64,000 nucleotides of DNA, taken from NCBI RefSeq assembly GCF_964355755.1, contig NC_092673.1:18473648-18537647 (forward strand), read 5' to 3'. The DNA is from Antedon mediterranea (Eukaryota; Animalia; Echinodermata). The translations under genes were made by a program, and so were the position numbers. Below, piece by piece: positions 1-9,406 of this stretch. The notes under the pieces were generated by a model. It worked only from the letters and a program-made list of their open reading frames with translations. It did no database searches and was not told where the DNA came from. Position 1 is the first letter of the stretch, and every line of letters starts with the position of its first letter.

Positions 1-860
1 TTGTTACAACATGCTACTATTAGCTGTGATATCTTCATTACTCTTACCAGTAGTAGTACTATCAGAATCATTATTGATAATCTATACATTGTTACAACAT
101 GATGCTATTAGCTGTGTTATCTTCATTCCTCTACCAGTAGTAGTACTATCAGAATCATTATTGACAATCTATACATTGTTACAACATGCTACTATTAGCT
201 GTGATATCTTCATTACTCTTACCAGTAGTAGTACTATCAGAATCATTATTGACAATCTATACATTGTTACAACATGCTACTATTAGCTGTGATATCTTCA
301 TTCCTCTACCAGTAGTAGTACTATCAGAATCATTATTGATAATCTATACATTGTTACAACATGCTGCTATTAGCTGTGCTATCTTCATTCCTCTACCAGT
401 AGTAGTACTATCAGAATCATTATTGATAATCTATACATTGTTACAACATGCTGCTATTAGCTGTGATATCTTCATTACTCTTACCAATAGTAGTACTATC
501 AGAATCATTATTGATAATCTATACATGCTACTATTAGCTGTGATATCTTCATTCCTCTTACCAGTAGTAGTACTATCAGAATCATTATTGATAATCTATA
601 CATTGTTACAACATGCTGCTATTAGCTGTGATATCTTCATTCCTCTTACCAGTAGTAGTACTATCAGAATCATTATTGATAATCTATACATTGTTACAAC
701 ATGATGCTATTAGCTGTGATATCTTCATTCCTCTTAACAGTAGTAGTACTATCAGAATCATTATTGATAATCTATACACTGTTACAACATGCTGCTATTA
801 GCTGTGATATCTTCATTCCTCTTACCAGTAGTAGTACTATCAGAATCATTATTGATAATA
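1..860. repeat. Minisatellite, ~88-bp unit, ~10 copies (intronic in gene 1; runs off the window start)
   Basis: Unit TTGTTACAACATGCTACTATTAGCTGTGATATCTTCATT...GATAATCTATACA recurs at 1, 89, ~177 and onward; the ORFs 11-286, 186-704 and 613-801 are repeat artefacts. Confidence 0.95.
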
Positions 861-907
861 GCTGTGACATCTTGTAAAGTGGATAAATATTTTTATTTTA
901 TTTGCAG

Positions 908-3900
908 ACGAAAGTGGGCCAAAAGAAAGGAAAGGAAGAAAAACGGATCAAGGTAATTGATTGAAATATGTTGGAAAATAAGAGAGAGAAAATAAAACAA
1001 ATTGAATATTTACAGCATCTCAAACTGGTTTTGGTCAGAATTGGGGGAAACAATAATGATATATATCTCTTGGTATCTTTATTTTATTTTATTCCAATCC
1101 AAAAAAGCTGAATTGGAGATTTTTTCCAAAGGCTAAATTTTTACAAATTATAAATTTCACATACTTTTTCAAATAAATATTATAAATTTTAAACAGTTTA
1201 AGAATTACACATAAAACAAGAAGAAAAAAAAACATTTAAAGTCATTATTATTTAAGAATTAAGCAGACAAGTGAGATATAGAAGAAGCGGTCATTTATTA
1301 TATCTGGATAATGAGACACCAAATTGTCCATATGCATTTTATCATATTTTAACTTTTAATCGCTTTTTAAAGATTTTGTGCAATAATGTATGTGTTCTAT
1401 ATTTTAATTTTTTGTTTATATTATATATTATATATATCGGTTTTTTATCGTACTAATATTTGCCAATCTTTAAGAAGAATTTCTATTGTTATGTTATTAT
1501 GATAATGGACAAATGAAGCTTTTCAATATTTCATTAATTTTTCATTTGCAGGAAATACAATGGCAGATTCTGAAACTTTGAACAGTTTCCAAGACCTAAA
1601 AGGTGGTCTCAGTGGGTACTTTGATGGTGAAAGATACCATTGGCTGAGGTTCCTACTATTTGATCAATTGGATGTCGGGGACCTTACAAATAAAGATTTC
1701 AATGGACATGACTTACTCAATACACTTGAAGACAAAGGTTTCATCTCACCAACCAATGTTAACTTGCTGTTAGAGATTACAAATACATCTGAAATCCAAC
1801 AGGCCAAAGATCTTGTATCAAAGTATATGAGAGACAACAACATTCAGGATAGACATACTGGTAAAGCTAAGTTGTCACCTTACAGAAAGCGACTGTTTAA
1901 GGCCCTGAAACAAGTTGACCGAGATGCATTACGTAATGTTACTGCTTACTATGACTTGACAAAATATAACTTCTCCAATGTATGGGATGCAGTTCTCTAT
2001 CTGGAGAATGATAAACAATTAGTAGATGATTTTGACAAAATACAGAGGTTTGCAGAACGTCTTGGTGGAATAGCAAGCAACACACTACTTGGTAATGGTA
2101 TTTAAAGACCCCTTCCCTGCAATTTTGGACGTTTTTTGGAAAATAATACATATATATCACTTTAAAAACATTAAACCATGTCATTCCTTGTCTTAAATGT
2201 ACGTTTTATGGTAAATTATGATAAAAAGTGAGAAACAATGCACTACCTAAGTAGCTCGCGGCGATCGAACTCTCGTGGACGGTCTCAGGCCTAGCCTAGC
2301 TAGGCTTAGTTTTGTAGGCCTAGCTGGTAAACATCGGTAACGTACGAACATCGTACGCTAGCTATATACCTAGCCTGACGTTGTATAGTTGCTGCATTAA
2401 TTGTCTTTCTATTTTTGCCAGACTCCGTTGATACAAATTGGGGAACACCCGGTATTTTCGCTGAAAAGTTAGGAGTCTTCCATTTGTTTTGGCTTCACGA
2501 TCGATCGAAAAGTGGGCGAATTACAGGTGAAAAACAAAAATATCAATCCGCGCGCAATGCATTTTGGGATTTATAGCGGGCCGCTATAATTATTAAAATC
2601 GATTTATTTTTCACATTTTTAACCGTTTAAAGACGAAAAAAGTTATCGCAATAGGACCATATAGTATTATTTTTACATTAAATATAGTTTGTGATCTTAA
2701 ATTAGATCTAAAAAACGTAGGGAATGGGGCTTTAATATTCTTACAAAACTATTCCAAAGTTAATTGTAATGTAACTATTCATATCTTTCATTTGTTTTAA
2801 AATTTTACATGATTTAATTTCAATCATTGTTTATATACTATACAAGTTGATAATGTATTGATTATTTTATTTATTAACTGATTATGTAATAGTGGGAAGA
2901 ATGAGACTGATGAATATGACAAGATAGTGATAATAAAGACATTGCAATACTAATATAGGATAATGTCATAAACACAAAAATATGAAGAATTTGGAATTTT
3001 GTAATTTGGAAAACTGATTATAGATATAGAAAATGTAACTCAAAATTGTGTTTGAAAATTGTAAATACTGGACTAACTAACAACAACAACCCCCCCCCCC
3101 CCCCACCTTTGGCTGGCTGACCCTCCCCTGGGGGTAATCTATAAGAAATTTAGAAAAATGAAGCTGCTAGGTCTCTGGAAATTGCACTTATACATTGATA
3201 TGATACAAAATTACCATGGTTGGGGGTGAGCTAAGATAAGAAAATTTTGAAAATTAGAGCTGTTAGGTCTCCGGAAACTCTATGGTTGGGTCTGAGCTAA
3301 GACAATTTTGAAAACTAGAGCTGCAGGTCTACAAAAATTACAATCATACATTGAAAATGGTGGAGGGAAAATTTGAAAATATGAAAAATTCATATTATTA
3401 AATTATCTGTTTTAAAAACAAATTCACTGAAATAAATGTAAATGTTTGTGTATAATAAATGATAAATAATTTATTGCCATCTGTCACAATTTAAATCCCC
3501 ATGTTATTAAAATAATACTAATGACAATGGCAGTAAAATAAGAAATAATTGATTATACTTACTTGGATAAAACATGCAAAATTGTATTATTTCACAAGAT
3601 TCCAAAAAAAACCCTACTTTTTTCACAGATGTGCAAGATGGTTCAGTGACCTCTGCATTACCACAGTCTGATATCCAAGGCAGTCAACAAGGTAGGATCC
3701 ACTGGTTAATTCCAGAGGTTAATCATCTAAGTGGTTACATTTTAAAATAAAACTTAATAGACATATTATAATATAACTGTAGCACATTTTGAGTTATTCA
3801 AACTGTATACATTTTAGATGAAAATGTATAGTTATGTTACTCTCCAAAATGAACATAAAATGTATAGTTATGTTACTCTCCAAAATGAACATAAAATGTA

Positions 3901-6239
3901 TAGTTATGTTACTCTCCAAAATGAACATAAAATGTATAGTTATGTTACTCTCCAAAATGAACTTAAAATGTATAGTTATGTTACTCTCCAAAATGAACAT
4001 AAAATGATGAACATAAAATGATGAACATAAACAGTCATTTATTTGTGTGTCACGCATACAAAATAAAAAGCTTTGTCATTAAAATGTGTAATGTATAACT
4101 GTCTTTTTTGTATTTTTGTTGAACAGAATTAACAAAGCTATTAGCATCAGATTCACCAGTTACTGTTAATGAGGAATTAAAAACACAAATGAAGAAAGTG
4201 ATGATTGAGGAACAGGAAAGAAAACTTGAAGCAGAGAGTGGTGAGTTAAGGATCATAAATTAATTTACTTTTTATTTCGTCACCACTCAACAGTGACACA
4301 AGTCAAGTCAATTGCAAAGTTCAACAATAGAAAATGATGAACATATTTAAACATAATTATATAAACAAAATCCAAAGCTCTGTCTTAAGCTGGCCTTTAA
4401 TATACTGTTCAACGTATACTAACAATAACTGTCTTTTCTGGATTTTTTTATTGAACAGAAGTGACAAAGCAGTTTCCATTGGATTCATCAGATACTCTTA
4501 GTGATGAATTTCAAACACAAGTAGAGGAAGAGGAAATTAAACCTGAACCAGAGAGTGGTGAGTCTCATAAAATATTAGTTCAGTTATTAATATGGTTAAA
4601 ATAACTTTAAATGTGATTTTATAGAATGGATTTCAGCTAAATTCTTTTTCATATCCTTTTTTTTATTTCAACATTTATTCAAAAAAAGAAAGTCTTTATA
4701 AACAGAAATATAAAGTGGTATTAGCTTTTAATTTTGTTCATACTTATTAGGCTAACATCATAATTTCATTCATTCATTTATTGCCAGGAAAAAACTACAA
4801 AATGACATTAACAATAGGAGGTTTAAAAAATAGAGAACATATAATGTAGTACTGTATATAAAAAACAAATACATTTTTATTTATATTGGTTGATCAGGTT
4901 ATAGTTTAAATTGTGTTTTAAATAACCAAATGTTTATTTTGTTCACAATATTTAATTCTTATTATTTCAGATCCAGAGCAACCACAAAATCAAGGGTAAA
5001 TGTTTATTGAGTTACACCAAAAATTTGACATTTATCATTATTTGTTTTAACAATAAATTTACAGCAATACTTAACTGCTTTGTACTTTTAACCAAATTAA
5101 TTATGTGTATAATTAATAATAAAACAGACAAAGTTCTTGTTTCTGCCTCAAAATAAAATATACCTGATGATGACCTATGGTCGAAAATACTAGTACAATA
5201 AATATTTTATTTTGATGCAGAAAACAAGAAATTTGTCTGTTTTATACATGATCTTGCCTATGCAGCACCTTTTTTTTCCCTAATTATGTGTATACTCTGG
5301 TATTAACTTCACTCAGTAACTTCATTTTTCATTCAGTACAAACACACTGCCAATTGGCTGCTGGTGTTGTATGTTTATACCAGAGAACTCCCTGTTTATA
5401 CCATAATCAATCAATAAATAAGTATTGCGCGTATGCATGTAAATTGGTAAACAAAGATACAATTGTAGCAATGTTAACTTACTGGAAATCTAATGATTTT
5501 TTTCACTGATTTAGAATAAACTAATGTTTTAAATGGTTATTTATGTTTATTCAATTTATTGATCGAAAATTAATAGCAAGAAGGAGTCTGAAAAAAGTAA
5601 CTTTAAGATTAATTATAACATTTTAATAATTGTTAGTTAGAATTTTAATAATAATTTGTGTACATTTTTAGTTCTAGACCGAGCCGAAAGAAATGTTTGT
5701 TGAAGTTTTTAAAAGGTATTTAACTATTCTATATTTCAGAGTCTCAAAAATTGTTTTTAAATTCAAGCATTGTTTTCAACCTTCTGTAGTTTCAATTTGT
5801 AAAAATTATTTTTGTATACCTTTTACCTATAAATATTTTTTTTTTGTCAATATAAAAAGTCAATAAAAACAAATATATTGATAGGTAGAAATTGTGTAAT
5901 TTTAAGAAAAATTCTTAATATAATTGTAAGAACCTTGAAACCTCTCAAGAATATATTTAAAACAAGATAAGGATTTATGACAAATTTTCTCTTTTAGATT
6001 ACCGGTGGATAGTTTTTGCATTTTGGTTAATTCTATTGGCAGCCTTTGTCATCTTAATTATTATACATGATGGCTTAGCAGCAAGAATTGGCATTGGTAT
6101 TGGATTGTTGGTAACTGTTGTTGGTGGCTGTATCTGGTGTGTACATAAGAAAGTCACCAAGTCTTGTACTCAGTCAACAAACGCAGCAGCAGACGGACAG
6201 AGAGCACGCTATTCAGAAATTTCCCAACAAGAGCAATAG
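908..6239 (+). CDS. Gene 1 (spliced, 5'-incomplete): tandem death-effector-domain protein with acidic linker and two C-terminal transmembrane helices
   Basis: Phase-compatible AG/GT exons 908-952, 1552-2091, 3629-3691, 4127-4240, 4459-4557, 4971-4995, 5672-5715 and 5998-6239 join into one open frame ending ...SEISQQEQ*. Confidence 0.8.
1552..2091 (+). CDS. Gene 1 exon encoding two tandem DED-like death-fold domains
   Basis: ttgcag|GA acceptor and G|gtaatg donor (phase 1-1, 540 nt); LRFLLFD...DLLNTLEDKGFISPTNVNLLLEI matches the DED pattern (L.FL...dLf..Le..g.i...nl.lL.el); a second unit begins SPYRKRLFKAL. Confidence 0.8.
2106..2731. mobile_element. Non-autonomous DNA transposon with TTAA TSD (Kolobok-like MITE)
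   Basis: TTAA|AGACCCCTTCCCT ... AGGGAATGGGGCT|TTAA imperfect TIRs; related partial copy at 57500-57829. Confidence 0.75.
3821..4030. repeat. Minisatellite, 36-bp unit, ~5 copies
   Basis: AAAATGTATAGTTATGTTACTCTCCAAAATGAACAT in tandem, intronic. Confidence 0.95.
5120..5243 (+). mobile_element. Penelope-like element remnant: inverted repeat enclosing a hammerhead ribozyme core
   Basis: CTGATGA-T-GACC-TAT-GGTC-GAAA at 5164-5186, flanked by ~42-bp inverted arms (5120-5161 and 5202-5243). Confidence 0.55.
5998..6239 (+). CDS. Gene 1 terminal exon: two hydrophobic transmembrane segments and a short tail
   Basis: cttttag|AT acceptor; DYRWIVFAFWLILLAAFVILIII-HDG-LAARIGIGIGLLVTVVGGCIWCV-HKK...*; in frame with ORF 6036-6239. 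Confidence 0.75.
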
Positions 6240-6694
6240 ATCACAAGGAAAGACACTGTAAACAGCCCTTGTATAAAGAATATCAAAGATAGATGTAAAA
6301 TGAAAAATATGTGAAACAAAATGGGAGTTTTTTTCACGATGATGAATGACTAGAGGTTTAGAGGGTGTTACTGTAAATTAAAGATGGCCATCCAAGGGTC
6401 AATATCACAATCCACACTCCATTCAAAATTATTTTCCGCTCAAGGAATTCAGCCTTGCTTGTCAAATCAAACTGCAACATTGATTTAAGGATTTGTTTTT
6501 GTAAAATACAATCAACTTTTTAAAATCAGAACTCTCATTAGAATTTTACAAATTTCAGTTTTTTTAACGTTCCGAATTCTATTATTGATTTTATGAAAAG
6601 ATTAAAATTAAAATTAGACTTTTTAGTTTAATAAAGTGGGTAATGCAATGCCAGTATTATGTATGTAAATAATATTAGTTTTATTAAGCTTAAC

Positions 6695-7312
6695 ATGCTG
6701 TAGTAGACAGTTGTAAACATATTGAAGCTGTAACTCAGTTGTCAATTGTGTACTCAATGCTGTAGTAGACAGTTGTCATCATATTGAAGCTGTAACTCAG
6801 TTGTCAATTGTGTACTCAATGCTGTAGTAGACAGTTGTCAACATATTGAAGCTGTAACTCAGTTGTCAATTGTGTACTCAATGCTGTAGTAGACAGTTGT
6901 CAAAATTGAAGCTGTAACTCAGTTGTCAATTGTCTACTCAATGCTGTAGTAGACAGTTGTCAACATATTGAAGCTGTAACTCAGTTGTCAATTGTCTACT
7001 CAATGCTGTAGTAGACAGTTGTCAACATATTGAAGCTGTAACTCAGTTGTCAATTGTCTACTCAATGCTGTAGTAGACAGTTGTCAACATATTGAAGCTG
7101 TAACTCAGTTGTCAATTGTCTACTCAATGCTGTAGTAGACAGTTGTCAACATATTGAAGCTGTAACTCAGTTGTCAATTGTGTACTCAATGCTGTAGTAG
7201 ACAGTTGTCAACATATTAAAGCTGTAACTCAGTTGTCAATTGTCTACTCAATGCTGTAGTAGACAGTTGTCAACATATTGAAGCTGTAACTCAGTTGTCA
7301 ATTGTCTACTCA
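6695..7312. repeat. Minisatellite, 62-bp unit (internally dimeric), ~10 copies
   Basis: ATGCTGTAGTAGACAGTTGTCAACATATTGAAGCTGTAACTCAGTTGTCAATTGTGTACTCA repeats at 6757, 6819 and onward. Confidence 0.95.
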
Positions 7313-7509
7313 TTTATTTGTCATTTCATATTGAAAAACAATTGCTCTTACTATTTGAAAATGGACAGATAGACATGCTTACTATTTTTATATGATTACA
7401 GTTTAGATATCTGAAGTTACATAATTAGCATACACATTTTGATTGGATATAGGAACAAAAAGTGGGTTTTTCAAATATTGATACTGTATTTAGTTAGATG
7501 GACAATTAA

Positions 7510-8039
7510 ACCCCTTTCACACCAAAAGCAAAACTCCGGAGACACCCCGGAGACACCCCGGAGTTGACGCCCCGCTGTTTGGTGTGAAAGGTAAAATCAA
7601 GCAACTCCGGAGTTTAAAACTGCGGGGTTGAACAGCTGAACATTCTCCGAAGAGCGAACTGCGGGGACACCCCGGTGTTTTGGTGTGAAAGGTACCAACA
7701 TCAAACTCAGGAGTGTTTTGGGTCAAACGGTCATCCTCACACGATCACTCATTGCTTTAGTTTTATTTCAAAATACTTTAAATATTTGTACAAAATATAT
7801 AGCGGGTCTAGAAAATGATATGTAGTATCAATAAAACATTATATTACTTCTGAGACTTTTGAAAGTAATTATTAAATTTAAAATATTATTAATTAAAATG
7901 ATTCTAATGATCGTCGCTATGTAAACAAACAAACTAGAGGGCGACATTTACAATTTTATTTTATGAACCCTGGTGTGGCTAGGTTGGTGTGAAAGGGGTG
8001 TCTCCGGAGACACTCCGGAGTTTTTGGTGTGAAAGGGGT
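7510..8039. mobile_element. MITE, probably PIF/Harbinger-type
   Basis: TIR ACCCCTTTCACACCAAAA ... TTTTGGTGTGAAAGGGGT; internal repeats of GGTGTGAAAGG and CTCCGGAG. Confidence 0.75.
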
Positions 8040-8215
8040 ATAGGTTACTACCGTGAGTATTGACCAATCACAAACTGTGTTTCATCACATTAGAGATGCC
8101 CCTACAATCTTATTGTTTCAAAGTGTATATTGCAGCTATAAACATGTAAAATAATATGTTGATAAATGAAGGAAATTAAAATTAATTAGGGGATGGGGTA
8201 TGGGGGCAGCAAATA

Positions 8216-8417
8216 GATGTTTGATAGTAATATAATGATACTGATGATAATAATGTTGTTTGATAGTAATATAATGATACTGATGATAATAATGTTGTTT
8301 GATAGTAATATAATGATACTGATGATAATAATGTTGTTTGATAGTAATATAATGATACTGATGATAATAATGTTGTTTGATGGTAATATAATGATACTGA
8401 TGATAATAATGTTGTTA
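8216..8417. repeat. Minisatellite, 39-bp unit, ~5 copies
   Basis: ATGTTGTTTGATAGTAATATAATGATACTGATGATAATA in tandem. Confidence 0.95.
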
Positions 8418-8549
8418 TTTGTTTTGTATTAATAACTACAGTAGTTATGATTAATGATGCTAAATTGTATTTTAAATCAAGAAATCATGTAATAATTAGA
8501 CTCATAACAATCTAAATGTATTGTGACCAAGACAATAATATTTTCCACT

Positions 8550-9375
8550 CAACAACACAATTTGTTGATAAATCTAAAAGCTGTAGGAATCACTGTATTT
8601 ATAGTACAGGGATTTTAACAACACAATTTGTTGTGGATAAATCTAAAAGCTGTAGGAATCACTGTATTTATAGTACAGGGATTTTAACAACACAATTTGT
8701 TGTGGATAAATCTAAAAGCTGTTGGAATCCCTGTATTTATAGTACAGGGATTTTAACAACACAATTTGTTGTGGATAAATCTAAAAGCTGTTGGAACCCC
8801 TGTATTTATAGTACAGGGATTTTAACAACACAATTTGTTGTGGATAAATCTAAAAGCTGTAGGAATCCCTTTATTTATAGTACAGGGATTTTAACAACAC
8901 AATTTGTTGTGGATAAATCTATAAGCTGTAGAAATCACTGTATTTATAGTACCGGGATTTTAACAACACAATTTGTTGTGGATAAATCCAAAAGCTGTGG
9001 GAATCACTGTATTTATAGTACAGGGATTTTAACAACACAATTTGTTGTGGATAAATCTAAAAGCTGTAGGAATCACTGTATTTATAGTACAGGGATTTTA
9101 ACAACACAATTTGTTGTGGATAAATCCAAAAGCTTTAGGGATCACTGTATTTATAGTACAGGGATTTTAACAACACAATTTGTTGTGGATAAATCCAAAA
9201 GCTGTAGGAATCACTGTATTTATAGTACAGGGATTTTAACAACACAATTAGTTGTGGATAAATCCAAAAGCTGTAGGAATCACTGTATTTATAGTACAGG
9301 GATTTTAACAACACAATTTGTTGTGGATAAATCTATAAGCTGTAGGAATCCCTGTATTTATAGTACAGAAATTTT
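8550..9375. repeat. Minisatellite, 69-bp unit, ~12 copies
   Basis: TTTTAACAACACAATTTGTTGTGGATAAATCTAAAAGCTGTAGGAATCACTGTATTTATAGTACAGGGA in tandem; source of the repetitive ORF 8516-9595. Confidence 0.95.
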
Positions 9376-9406
9376 TACAAAAAATGACCAAATTGATAAT
9401 GATAAC

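Noticed and set aside
11-801. Hydrophobic repetitive ORFs
   Set aside because: Translations of the 88-bp intronic minisatellite; the frame changes between units
1560-2105. Stand-alone single-exon 181-aa gene
   Set aside because: Flanked by a good acceptor (1551) and donor (2092), and the stop lies in a MITE TSD, so it is better explained as an internal exon
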